Assembly: GCA_038496445.1 (NCBI GenBank)
Contig: JALMLS010000484.1
Location: 133,490-197,489 of the forward strand
Source of the DNA: Trichosphaerium sp. ATCC 40318
Taxonomy: Eukaryota > Protista > Tubulinea
DNA length: 64,000 bases
Direction of reading: 5' to 3'
The notes below the pieces were generated by a model. That model did not search any database. It was given only the letters and a program-made list of their open reading frames with translations, and was not told where the DNA came from. The translations under genes were made by a program, and so were the position numbers. Below, piece after piece: positions 51,401 to 64,000 of the stretch (position 1 is the stretch's first letter; the number at the start of each line of letters is the position of its first letter).

Positions 51401-54400
51401 GAATCCGTCTGTCTAGTCCAATGCTCGTCATAGAAATACCCTAAATCATCCGTATGCTCAACAACAACATTCGTAAAGTACCGATAGTAATCTTCAGTGT
51501 CATTTCTGACCATTGAAGAGCACTCAAACATATTATGGAAAGGTACAGCAGCTGTCCAAGTATCATCACATTCATCTTCACGAACAGTTTTATCCCAAAA
51601 GTATCCAGGATAACCACACTTTGCAGAGTAGTGTTTATCAAATGAAATGACAGTCTTGGTTCTATTACCAACCAATGGCGAGTGAATCTCAAGCTTCAAA
51701 GTATCACACTCATATGACGGAGTCAACCCAACTATAGGAATACTTCCAGTACCTAGCAAGAAGCATAAGAGCCAAGAGGGCATAAAGGAAAGAGCCTAGC
51801 TTTAAAAAGAACGTACTCAATCTTTCAACAACTGCAAATTCACAAGTTTGATCTTGGATTTTCTTGTCACATTTCTCATCCCAGAAACCGGAACGGCAAG
51901 AACAAAATTCGTTCCCAAATCCCATATCTTCATCATAATCCTGAACAACACACTCTCCATTTTGACATGTCGAACTATTAGCCTTACAGACACCAATAGG
52001 TTCCATACCTACAAAGTAGTTATGTAAAATCAACATCAAAAGTATAACTCCACCAGTTGACTCAAACGTCAACCAGCTTTTCCTTGATAACTTACCGACA
52101 TCCAGTTCGGGAATATACTCAGTATTCGATGAAAAAAACGTAGTTAGCGTGCTAGGGAAATGACGTCTAACATTACGACTTAAGTTATCACAACTCCCCA
52201 AAATTAAATGAAAATGAGGCTCTGTAATAAGCTTCAACTCATCCAAAGCTAAAGGCAATATTATAACTCCATCACCCTCCTGAATATTTACATGCAACTC
52301 AGTAATGAGTGCGTCATCATTTTGGTGACTAGGATGGAATATAGGTTCCAGATCACTCTAAAGACAACAGTGAGAAAAAAAGAAAAAAAAGTAAACAAAG
52401 AGTACCCAATAACTTAGATTCTCATTCCATTCGAGCTCTGGAGCATTCTTTCTTCTATAAATAGAAACGCAAGCATCCCCTGTACGTAAAGCAGTTGAAG
52501 TCATCTTAATCCTAAACTCAGCGCATGTAGCATAACGGAATGAGTCTGTCCAGCATTGAAGATCAAACTCAATTACCGAAAAAGCGCATCTATTATCAGG
52601 ATAAATTGTCAAAATATCATCAGATGCTTGACCAGTATTATCCCTGAACAACGAGTTAGGTCCTTCTAATACAATAAAAGCTCCTTACCAACAAGCTGGG
52701 TTCAAAACACCGATATCTTGTGTAGCACAAAAATGAGAAGCAACAGGGTATTTGGCTGTATTAGCAACACATGCAACTGGTTTAGTTTGGCTGATTTTCA
52801 TGGTAGAAAATAAAGGCTCAGTGACAAAAGTAGGTCCTCCTCGTATCGTTGCATAGTTCCAGATATGTACAGCTACGAACAATGAAGTTAGCATATAGCA
52901 AAAGATCACAAGAGAGACGTACTTGATTCAGAAGTTGCATTTTTAGTATCAGGTGGAATTGTTCCAACTTCGAGGTCATAAATGATTGTATAAACAGTCC
53001 CCTGTTCAATTGTGCTTATTTTAAGACCACTTCCCCATAGATCGCCTTCTATATCAGGATAGCTTCTAACACCGTTCTTGTAGCGAGTGAATTCTACGTT
53101 ACTTTTAACAAAACCCTACATTTGTGTTAGCACTTTTTCTTAGAAACAGTTTTTCGCACTTCTGGGAGTTCATCCCTTATAACAAGGTCGTAACCATCAG
53201 CTAATCCAGCATTTAGTATAGATATACCAACAGTGAGGATATCTCCCCCAACAAGATTGCGGATATCAGCGTCAAATGGTTCAGAAAGCAGTTTGTCCTG
53301 TGTAAGCATTTCTGAGATTCTAGGAGAATCGCTTCCAGCTTCAGATACAGTGTACGCCAAGTTTTCAGAAAATACAGCAGAAGAAGGTCCCAGTGCACCC
53401 TTTTGAATATGTACATCGGGTGCTTGTATATACAAGACTGAGATATCCTCCATAAACTCTGTATAGTCTTCAGTAGCATGAGAAATAATACATATTTCTT
53501 CTTGACTGTCAGCTTTGGCATACGTTGTTCGCGCAGCGCATATCTAGGCAAATCATTTAGTTAACACTATTAATAAGTATGGTGGCGGTGTACGTACAAC
53601 TTCAACTGTGGAAGGAGTATTTGTTGGGTCAACAGTATCCTCAATATGAACATAGATAGCATGTTCAGCATAAGATATTCTGAATTTACCATGTAACCCA
53701 AAACGCTCATACCAAGAGCTTGTAGGAACTACAACACAACTATTCTCACTAGCCATAGACCCAACTTGCATATCCTGCTCGCTTTGTTCCGGCATGTCGA
53801 ACGTAGGTTGAGGCAAAGCAAGTTTAAACTACCAAGAAATTAAACATACTGTAAATAAAACACATGCGTACAGTAAGCCCTTGAGTGTTACTTAGCGGCA
53901 TCTCATACTTTAACTCAAATTGAAGCAAGTTATTTGGAGCTGCAGTAACAGCTTTAGTGAACGCAGGATCAGAAAGATCCTTGGAGATCCCAGAAGAAAC
54001 AGAACCGTAGTCCAACCACAATGAACTGTCACGTGTGATAACACCAGATTCAATAAACGCCTGAGAAGCACAATCAACAAGTTCAAACTCAAGCCTTTAA
54101 AACAAGTAAGCACTAACTAATTGGGAATCATAAAATCTATAAAACACTTACCTAGCTGCACTATTAAGAGTAGAGTTATGAGGAGAAGGAACTCCATTAA
54201 ATCGTGTTTGCGATACAGTTGATGTAAACCTCATTTTTATTAATCCCTAGCAAACTGGTGTTAGGTTCGGCTCGTATGTATAAGATCACGTACTAGGTAT
54301 CTTCTAGGGCTTCTAGTGATCCCTGGAGCAATATTCCAATGTTGAGTTGTTGTAGGGTTTTCAGTAGTGGGTCCAGTGTATTGCAAGATGTAATATTGAT

Positions 54401-56271
54401 CTGGTACAGTGTACCAACGCTCATCATCCGTAATACCAAACTGAAACGAAGTTCCAGTACGAGTCAAACCATCAGGCAGCACATCAATCATTTGGACATT
54501 CTTCATACATACACCAGGCATCGTTCTAAGCTGAAGCACATGTGACTGGAGTTCTAAATGCTACATTAGTATAAACTTCATAAAAATTTCTCAGATAACA
54601 TACCGCCATTAGGAAGCTGACGTTCGACATTTGTTTGCCACCTTACAAATGAAAACTTTGCTACTTGAACATTCATCCATTTCGATCCATGATGGTACTA
54701 CAATGCGTTCAATAAGGAAAAAAGAAAACTACAACAACTTACATCTGAACAGTATCCACAAGCATAGTTACGAACTTTAAAGTTGTTTGTAAACTTATAC
54801 TCAAGCGTTGAAGGTGTCTCTGCTGAGCCACTATGACCACACTTTCCACTAGGATCATCATACTTTACTTTAAGATGATACTACAATAGTGTTAACCAAA
54901 AGACTTTCTCCAACAAACATACCTCAAGGACATCATGAATGTCATTTGCCATCGATTCAGATAATGTGATTTTAAGAATATTATTATCCTCCGAATGCGG
55001 ATCCTAACAAACGTGTTTGTTAGCAAACATAAAGCCTAAATGTCCTACCTCAGGTAATGACTCAATATCAAATCTTAAATCTTGTGTAACGTGAGAAACA
55101 CCCTCAAACAGAACGCCACAAGGAAGCTCTACAAACACTTTGTCAGCACCATTTTTGGAACAAAAAACAAAAACTTACTCAGGTCCAAGGTACTAGGTTG
55201 TGCGAGAAACGAATTGGTAACCTTTGTATGTGATATTTTAAGCTCATAATTCAAACCAGGCAGCATAGTATTCTCGCCCACATCAATCAGCATCGTGTCT
55301 CTAACTGTCAAACTAGCAATAGATACAGATCTCACGTTTTGTACATAGGCTCTAAGAGTAAAACATAAGTGTGATACCCTGTGAACAAGAAAAACCACAA
55401 TACCCATGAGAAGGACGATCAACAACTTCGTGAAGGAAACCACCGCCAAGGATAGCATCAACGCCTTAAAAAACGGAAATAAGTAAAAAAAAAATACATC
55501 AAATCGAAATTGTACCGTTAGGAGCGTAGAACTTCGTTGTCGCGTCAAATACGAATAGAACCTCAAGACCAGGCATACCAGGATCGTATCTAGCGTAAGG
55601 AAGACCATAATCATACAAAACGTCGTTCCTATTGCCACAAACAGTCTGAGGATAGCCTTTGAAACGTCAGTAAGGACAGTGAGACTGGAGTTGAGCCAGA
55701 AAACGTTTCGTACCTTCAGTAGTTTTCGCCATAGGGTGATCCAAACACTGTCCATCTGCGGTAAAAACTAGCTTGTTAGGTACTAGATCATGACCAAGAT
55801 GCTTAGCGCTATGAACAGATAATCCCTAAATTATGAACTTTAGCAAAGACATACACTCGTATAGGTCTATAAAGAGACCATAGACGCTAATGGCGACCCA
55901 ATTGTAGGTCAAATACGCCGCAGGAGAAAAAGAGCTCGTTTTTCTATAAAAACTCCGATAGAGTCGAACGAATCAAGCGAATATTACCTTGGGTAGAATG
56001 ATATCAATATAAGGGTTAAAACCTGACTCTTGGACGCGAAGCGTCGCTGATAAATGCACCGTTTCGCCCGATAATACGTTAATACCGCTTTGGCTCAAAT
56101 CAATACTTAGAACTAAGTGGTGTAAGGGCAATAAAGAGGTATTAACAATTGTTTTATGTCTTTTTGGTAAACAACGCTTTAAACGTTAGAAAACGCACCA
56201 GGAGTACCACTGCGCACAATAGTTAGCACTGTCAGGCTTATATACAAGACAGTATAAATATACAACCGCAT
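48470..56271 (-). CDS. Very large type-I cell-surface protein: DUF11/fimbrial-like Ig-fold repeats, EGF, ZP-like modules, mucin-like PTTLP repeats, TM; multi-exon
   Basis: Signal peptide MRLYIYTVLYISLTVLTIVRS; MKNVQMIDVLPDGL, NAGLADGYDLVIRDELPE; EGF CQNGEC...CSCRSGFWDEKC; TM GAGVCCCFVVFVVAIVILRKRR. Confidence 0.8.
51115..51318 (-). repeat. Coding 15-bp minisatellite (PTTLP, about 13 units)
   Basis: Repeated PTTLP units with synonymous codon variation. Confidence 0.9.
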
Positions 56272-57330
56272 TGTGAGGCAGGAGATACAAATTTAGTTTT
56301 TTTTTTCTTTTTCGTCTTTTTGGTATTTTGGTTAGCGGCTTAATTTAGAATATGGGATAAAAATCGAAGATAGGAGTATATTGAGATAGTATACATCATG
56401 TGGTTATGTTTTAGAACTGTATTGGTGATAAAGAAATTGTTTTAAAGGAAATCGTTTCACTACGCAGTTTTTGTTGTTGCTAGCGGGGTTACTAGGCGAA
56501 TTAAAGAAAATCTGATCGTTAAAACCTCGATTAGGCAGTATAACTCTATTTATGGTGTAAAAGCCCTAAATCGCATCATTTGTTACTTTGAACCCAAGTG
56601 AAACAACGTTTCAGCACATTTATACGTTAATTAGAGAGTGATAAAGTCATTTAATCAACTTTTCTGTCGTAAAACTTAATGAAGTGATTTTTAGAAGAAA
56701 CTGAACATTTCTTTGCGTCAACGTTGGGTAGTTGTTTACAAGTTTTGTTTACGAAAAAAGCACTTCAACTTTTGATTGTGCAGCTAAGACAATCGCTAAC
56801 AATTGTTGCACCTTGACAGGAGAAGAATTATGTTGTTGATCTTGTTGTGAACGCTGTTGTAAGCAAATTGAATAAATTGCACCTTAACAAGAGGGCGGTA
56901 GCTTTCTGCCAGGTCACGTTCGAGGAGTCACTCAACCTATTGTAAGCTACCATAACTATTCAATAAGATTTCTTGTTGATCCTTGAAATTACTTTTTGGG
57001 ACTTGGAGCTGGTTAACCATCAGAACAAAGAACGTGGTAACCTGGTTTGTAGTGATATTCATAAGATTACGTTGGTCCTTTTGACAAAGTTTGCGGTTGT
57101 GTTTCGCGTAAGCTTTACCTTGTGAACCAACTGAGTCTTTTTGTTACCTTCATCTGGTACTAATGTCAAATCTTGGTACGTACACCAGACAACAGCTTAA
57201 ATACCCTTTTCTGTTCTCTGTCCAGGAAATGATCATAGAGCAATATGTTCCACTTTGAGATTAACAGCAAGAAGGTCTATTTTATAACCACAATACGTGT
57301 ATTCAAGGTGTTTGACAAGTCATGTTTTAA

Positions 57331-59856
57331 TTATACTTTACTTTTTGATTCTATAAATTTTACATGCTGAAACCTACCACTCGAAAGTTCAGCTAGAAAG
57401 TCACCAACGCCCCTATATAAAAAAAAATAGTTAACAAATGGCGTACATTTTTAGCCTGTGTTTATTACCTTGGACCCATTGCTTCCCCAATTAGACTCTC
57501 TATATTTCTTCGTACAGCCATTCTCTGTACAGAAGAAAGAGGAAATTTTACTTCTTCTGGCTACAAGTAGCAGTAAGGTATTTTAAAGTCGGGTTTTTGA
57601 GAAAACTACGAAATTCAATGATAACTTTTGTTGGTTTTTTTCTTTTCGCGTTTGTTACCTTGCTTTGGTTCATAATAAACCAAAAGTTTACTGATATTGA
57701 ATCATCTATTGACCTTACATGATGAAACCAATACGGTGGTAGAAATAATACATCATTAGGTCCTACTACGCCTGTCATTCCTTAAACATAACGATTAGTT
57801 ACATCACTCGATTCTTAAGTCACATGAGATACGAACCTGAAGCATGCTGAAAGTTGGGAAACTTTTCTAAGTCTGGATCATCGATGTCAACCTAAACCAT
57901 AGTTCGTTAATTCGAAAATTTTTTAAATAATACTGTGTACAGTTCAGCGTATCTTTTTTTTATTTTACGTACTTGAGTTTGTCTATCATTGGCGTGGTGT
58001 AAGGGAAACGGATAAAGGTTCTTGAACTCATCAGGAGAAAAGACTATGAATCGTTTTCGTCCTTTAACTGAAAGGATAATTAATTAAAAACTATTGCAAC
58101 ACATGACAAGGTAGGTAGAAAAACGGTGTACAAAAAGAAATAAGAATTATACAACCTTCTCAAGAACCTATAAGAAAATAATTTTAGCGCCGTGGCGCGT
58201 CATTTTTAGCAACAAAAAAAACCACAAAAGTTCCCCGTTAGTTACCTTGTGCAAAAAAATTGAAAGCTTCATCGTAATGACACATTGTAATTATATCTTT
58301 TTTAGATATCCATAGAGTATTAAATTTAAGAGGTCCCATACCAGTCGCCTACAATAAAAAGAAAAAAAATTAACCAAAAAAAAACACCATAAAGTGTCAC
58401 AATGTGTCAGAAAAAAATAGGAATAAAAGTGTCAAAAAAAAACGAACATTTGCTATGCTCATGACCCACTCCCATCCGAATGTTTTAAAATCCTCAACTA
58501 TTTGATCGCCAACACCTTGATTAAGTACTTGCTGTAAATAAATATACTTTTGGGAACCATCTTCACGTGTTTCTTGTTCATACTAACAAAGTTAAAAAGT
58601 CGATCTTTCGAAACCAAAAGCAAAAAAAAAAACCACAAAAAATTTATCAACCACGACTAACCATTTGTTATGTACCTGCGTTTTAAAGTCTGCAAATGCC
58701 ATATCCTCCTTTTCCATAACAAATTCAACGTCATACTTACCAACATTCTTAGTATTGTCAAAATAGCGAAATTTGTTAATTTTTGAAGAGAAAACTTCAA
58801 ACATAGAAGAGCTACCCATGTGCTTTGATAAATATTCCAAATTCCATTTCTCAACAGCTGTTTTAACTAAATACGCGTTTTTTATAATAAACGGTCTCTA
58901 AAAAGATGAAAAGGTTAGCGAGGTGTAGCACTTTGGAAAAAAAAAAAAACAACATCATTAACAGTACATCTTGCTTTATAAACGCTATTATGCGAGGATC
59001 ATCCAAAGACAGTTCAGGTATCTTCTCTTTTATATAAGGACGCGACATTATTCTTTCTTCTTCTACAACCAAAGATAAATACGTGGACTGTGGACACAAG
59101 CGAACAAAGCAAAAAACGAAAAGAAAAGGTTACCTTCGGGATCAATAATTGACTCAAACGCATCACCCTCCTTCGATTTATTCGAATCATTCACTGCTTT
59201 AACCCGTTCAAGCTCTTTTTTAATACCTTCGTCATTTGGACGCATCGTAGAAGCTGAAAAGGAAGAAATAAGCAATTTTTGAGTAATTCGGTTTTAAAAC
59301 CGTCAAAATTGGATCTTTAAGAAAACCCAGTGCGTGCCAGTTGTTAGATCAATGATAGATAACGTCACCTTACCAACATGAGCGTAAGCAACGCCTACAA
59401 GCCTTTTTAGATGATTTAAAGTGTCAATTATTACTAAACGGTAAAAAAAGGCGTACCACGCCTGTATAATGCTTTTAGGTGATGTTTATCGAGCAATAAA
59501 ACCGTTGTGGATAATTTTATGACTTCCTGCCAATTTTTTAACTTTGAGTGTACTGCACATAAGTTAGAGAGTGTTTGAACTACCAAAGAAGCCATTTTGA
59601 TCTTGTCAAAATTGAGAGGTGGCGTGTCGAGAAGCGTTAAAACCTAGAAAGTGTCAGAATGAGATAAGAAGTATAGGTAATAGATTCTTACGCGTAATGG
59701 ATAATATTACGCGTACCTCGTGTAAAAACGGTGTACCTGTCGATAACATGCCTCTGCTTTATCATAATCGCATTGTTTGAATAGTTTATTCCCATCTTCT
59801 TTCAATTTGTCTGCTTGACGGAAAAACTCTTCAACAGATAACGTAGCCTCTGCCAT
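57331..59856 (-). CDS. TPR-fused JmjC 2-oxoglutarate oxygenase similar to factor inhibiting HIF (FIH), multi-exon
   Basis: TPR LKEDGNKLFKQCDYDKAEACY...KALYR|RG; JmjC CHYDEAFNFFAQ|VKGRKRF...LYPFPLHHANDRQTQ|VD...LFLPPYWFHHV; FIH-like C-terminal QRMAVRRNIESLIGEAMG. Confidence 0.88.
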
Positions 59857-59979
59857 AACCTAATGATCCACAAGACACGAACTCCACAGTGTGATTAGTA
59901 ATGAAATAAGCCTCAGTATTCTAATGTAAACTTAACGTTGTTGACTTTCTTAATTGTAAGCGCTTGCTATGTTTGCGAG

Positions 59980-61823
59980 ATGTCAGTCATTGCATTTGAG
60001 ACCAAAGGTAGCAGCTTGAAGGTTTTTAAGCGTAATTGTTGTTAAGGGACCTGCTAAACGCTTGGAAAGGCATAGAGTTATAGTACCAAAGCGAAATTTG
60101 GAGGTTATAAACGTAGCAAACGAAAAACTGCTCAAAAAAAATGCAGCTCTTTCATTCGCTGCTCTAAAGAAGCAAAACCTCATTAACTCGTTATCACATG
60201 TAAAAGTTGAGCTAAAAAGCGAAGAGTATCCGTACGCGCTAAATACTTACACTTACGTATTAAGGTCGCCTTGGGGCGCTTTTTTGAAGCCTAACCGGGC
60301 GTTTAATACGATTTGGAACTAATTAAGCTCAGGGATTTAGCTGGGTCGCTTTTACACATACACTTAGATCCTGACACGGCAAGCTTGATTCCTGAGGTAT
60401 TCCCACACATTTATTCACAAAGAACTCAAACATTTCGTAGGCTGGGACAAGATTAGCACAAGATGACTTAGTATTCACTCAAATACGAACTATTCTATTT
60501 GCAAGAGCAATTGGCGCGTATAACTCGTATGTAACCTTTAAAACCAAAACAATTTCTGAAAAAAACCAAAAAATAACTTTTGTCGAAAGAACGTTCTTGT
60601 GACATCTTGACATGTGACTGATATTTTTTATTATATAGATGGCATCTATTACGTACTCTTCTATTAAAAGCAAAAAAGATTGGATACCTTGCACATATGA
60701 TAACTGAGAATGATAGAAAATACACTCAGTCTTATATTTTTACTGATGTAAAATTGTTCCAAAGATGGTCTTCGATGCCAAGTATTGACCATATGTTAAA
60801 AAAATATAAGTATGATATGCCCGATACTGCAGATATAAAGTTACAATCTATGAAGACCGGTCAAATAATGAGACACTTCGACCAACCTCTACCTGGAAGT
60901 GTTGCACAGGTACAAAAAACGAAAATTATGTGTACACGTATTACGAGATTTCTCTCCTTCGAGACTGATGAAATCTACATGTTTTGTGGATTCCAACCTG
61001 CAAGTATATGTTTAATGTACTAAGTTATTATCTAGAAACCATGCATTAATGGTATACCAACCATACCAATTGTACGTGCTCGAAGTTTGTATTAAGCGTT
61101 GTTTGTTTATACTTTTGTTCAAGTATCCTGGTGTTGCGATGCAAGTACGTTATACACTGATTATAGAAGAAGTACTACAAAGACTTGCACTTGGAATAAA
61201 ATCAGTACAGAAAGATAAATTATTAATACAAGCAGTACGTCATCTTAGCAAAACAAAAACGAATTTTGTCTTGTTCTAAATTGGGTGCTTTGCTTTAGTT
61301 CCAATGGGCCATGCAAGAAGGAAAGTTATACACGTTTACGAATAAAGGAGGCAAAAAGATAACAAAGGATAATTTGGATACAATCAATATCTTCAAGTCC
61401 GTTACAGGTCATAAAGTTGTTCCGTTTTTTAGTCATCCAGAGTTTGCTAAAGCTTATGCTTTGGCATCTCCAGTACAATTCATGACTTGTCCTGGTAGTC
61501 CAAGAGCTATTGCTAGCATAGATTGTACGTTTTCCTTTATTAAATTTATTTTTTTATCACGTGATATACAAAATGACTTGAGTAATACACGCAAAAAGGA
61601 GATTTTTCTCATTTTTTACTTATTTTTTCGCCAAGGCAAAATATTATTGCCTGCATTGGTAGCATGGGCAAGACAAAAGATTGGCATGTCGTTTAATTTT
61701 CTAGATGAATATACAGTATCTAAATTCCGTATGGACGAAATGGAAGGAGATTTGAAGTATTATATTCTTGAACCTAACGATATGATTGATTTGTTTTCAA
61801 TCAGTAGAATGCCTTATAAATAA
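59980..61823 (+). CDS. Hypothetical protein, multi-exon
   Basis: Series of same-strand ORF segments (60062-60322, 60697-61023, 61311-61823) bounded by GT/AG signals, AATAAA at the end; no recognisable motif. Confidence 0.5.
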
Positions 61824-62171
61824 AACCATTGTAAATAAACTTCATTGTTGTTTTTTTTTTTGATAATCAAATACTGCTACGCAAGAAATGATTGCAAAAA
61901 TAGGCAACACATGTCCATTCGTAGTTTACAAAACCAAAAAATAATGCCATTAGCGTCATTATTGAGATCTTGAATCCAAAGCAGGCAAGAAACATCGATA
62001 GTCTGGTTCAATTCCTTCACTTATTTCGTTTGTTGCATACTTGATGTGAAGATGAATACAATCGGAGCACTACTCAAGGATACTCTTTGATGCAATAACT
62101 TTTATTCTTTGGATAACTAGACTTTCACAAGCGCTTTCGTGTAGTAGATATTACATTCTATTCATCCCTTC

Positions 62172-62728
62172 TCACCTTATTACAAATTTTACAATGCAGT
62201 TATCACTCCCTCCTTGAATGACCAAAACATCGGATGGTGAAGCTTCACTGTGATTGGCTCCAGCGTATGGATTTGAAGTTGTTAAGACATACTCTTTACC
62301 TGTCTTCACGTCCTTGTACCATACTTTAGCAAGAGTAACGCCGGTCATGAATCCATTACTCTCACACCCATAGCCTTCTTCAGTTTTCGCTTTGATATCA
62401 GTAGGTGGAAGAAGCGAGCTACTCCATACACCTAGAATAGTAAGTTAACAGGAATCCTTCATTTGCTTTTTTTGTTTTTGTACCTGAGCCATCTGGGTTC
62501 TCTTTTGGTTGGGGCGCTTTTACAAGTGTTAGGTCATTTGCTGTTTTATTAACCACAATAACATCAACACTTCGTGTGGCTCTACCATCTCCAAATAGAT
62601 TTTTCTTTAATCTACCCATGAGTGTATTACCAATGTCGACAGCTATTCACAGCTGTCAGTTTTAGGGTATACTAGTTTAGTGTACCTTGCTCAGTTGCGA
62701 ATTGTATTGCTGCTGCTTTAAATGCCAT
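62172..62728 (-). CDS. Aegerolysin/Cry34-like pore-forming toxin component, copy 1 (3 exons, intact)
   Basis: RSVDVIVVNKTANDLTLV...GVWSSSLLPPTDI...GCESNGFMTG...SNPYAGAN. Confidence 0.8.
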
Positions 62729-64000
62729 TATATTAGATGAGTTGCTTTGTTGCTTGTTGTTGTTGTGTTATTATGATACTTTTGAACAGTGCACAAAGAG
62801 GACCTGAAAAAAGCCGGAATGGTTTTTATCTGAATGTTTAAACTTGTTTTGCGGAATGTTCGAAGCTAAGAACTGGAAAGTATTGAGTAGCTAAATGTAA
62901 ATTGTTAATGACACTTTTTAACGAAGTGTTTCGAGCCGCAAGGTACACTGAAAATTGACGTCTAAAAATAATAATCGTTACAATAATACAAGGTGAATCC
63001 AAGCGAAAAAGTACAAGTCATGTTGTATTTATGCTAAACACCAAAGATGTTAAGCAAATTTTATTCAAAATATGTACCTTCCGTAACACATTCCATGTTC
63101 CCGTAAAGATTGAAGACAATGAAAGATACAGGTTGTATCGCATATTTAAAGGTAGAAAATTTATGTTTTTTTAGTTGCAACCTGCAACTAAAATCACTGG
63201 TATTGTGTACTAACCCTTCGATATTGAAAAACTTTTTTTGTAGTTAAAGGTTTTGTGTAAACCTTGAAAGTATCTAGCGGTTTTATAAAAATCACATCTT
63301 GAACGTTTTACGTTGTTTTTCAATAATGCGAGAACATGCTCAAGGTTGTACTTTTATTGGTACGTTTCAATCAAATGTTTATTAAACAATTAATGCGTGA
63401 TATAGTTACAGTGTAGAAAACTTCTCGCAAAAAAACTGGATTCACTTTAAAAATTTCCAATTAATTTCTTAGCTTCTACTTTCCAGTTCTTAGCTTCGAA
63501 CAAACCGCAAAACAAGTTTAAACATTCAGATAAAAAACATTCCGGCTTTTTTCAGGTCCTCTTTGTGCACTGTTCAAAAGTATCATAATAACACAACAAG
63601 CAACAAAGCAACTCATCTAATATAATGGCATTTAAAGCAGCGGCAATACAATTCGCAACTGAGCAAGGTACACTAAACTAGTATACCTAAAAACTGACAG
63701 CTGTGAATAGCTGTCGACATTGGTATACACTCATGGGTAGATTAAAGAAAATCTATTTGGAAAGATAGAGCACACGAAGTGTTGATGTTATTGTGGTTAA
63801 TAAAACAGCAACGACCTGACACTTGTAAAAGCGCCCCAACCAGGAACAGGTACAAATTCTACAAAAAACGAAAAAAGCAAATTGAGGGATTCTTGTTAAC
63901 TCTATTTAGGTGTATGGAGTAGCTCGCTTCTCCCACCTACTGATATCAAAGCGAAAACTGAAGAAGGATATGGGTGTGAGAGTAACGGATTATGACCGGC
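62339..64000. repeat. Inverted (head-to-head) duplication; arms about 62339-62882 and 63477-64000+, spacer about 590 bp
   Basis: Near-identical reverse-complement sequence covering about 150 bp of promoter, exons and introns. Confidence 0.95.
63625..64000 (+). pseudogene. Aegerolysin-like copy 2, truncated by the window, with several 1-nt deletions (pseudogene or read errors)
   Basis: Reverse-complement copy of 62339-62728 with losses such as GGTAATAC>GGTATAC, AAAAA>AAAA, GCCAC>GCAC, TTCATG>TTATG. Confidence 0.7.

Noticed and set aside
50972-51433. Plus-strand ORF with GGKVV repeats, and the alternative-frame ORF 51024-51347
   Set aside because: Shadows of the PTTLP coding repeat on the minus strand.
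1-64000. Alternative genetic code or stop readthrough suggested by fragmented ORFs
   Set aside because: The fragmentation is explained by short introns; all three stop codons terminate genes normally.

Overview
AT-rich, gene-dense eukaryotic nuclear DNA with many short spliceosomal introns and the standard genetic code. A free-living protist, plausibly an amoebozoan, is inferred from a GlfB-C-like protein, a family-3 GPCR with a Venus-flytrap domain, a Roco GTPase, a Zn2Cys6 factor and an aegerolysin. I parsed about 24 protein genes by eye. Housekeeping genes are ELP2, SAMDC/AMD1, GLE1, a GNS-like sulfatase and a BAP31-like gene. Accessory or defence-like content includes two head-to-head inverted duplications (Cys-rich secreted peptides; aegerolysin-like toxins) and two different hAT-type MITEs with 8-bp TSDs. 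It also includes an intronless F-box-like/MORN-variant gene, a nucleotidyltransferase fused to an apparently dead T4 Rnl1-type RNA ligase, and a MORN-Roc-COR-PARP-receiver protein. Further unusual architectures are SPRY-F-box-WD40 and TPR-FIH-like JmjC. Non-coding signals are a candidate polyamine-sensing uORF before SAMDC, roughly ten-fold enrichment of CACGTG, several GC-AG introns and a shared bipartite promoter element. No rRNA, tRNA or CRISPR array was recognised. Exon boundaries and domain calls come from manual reading and remembered motifs, not database searches.
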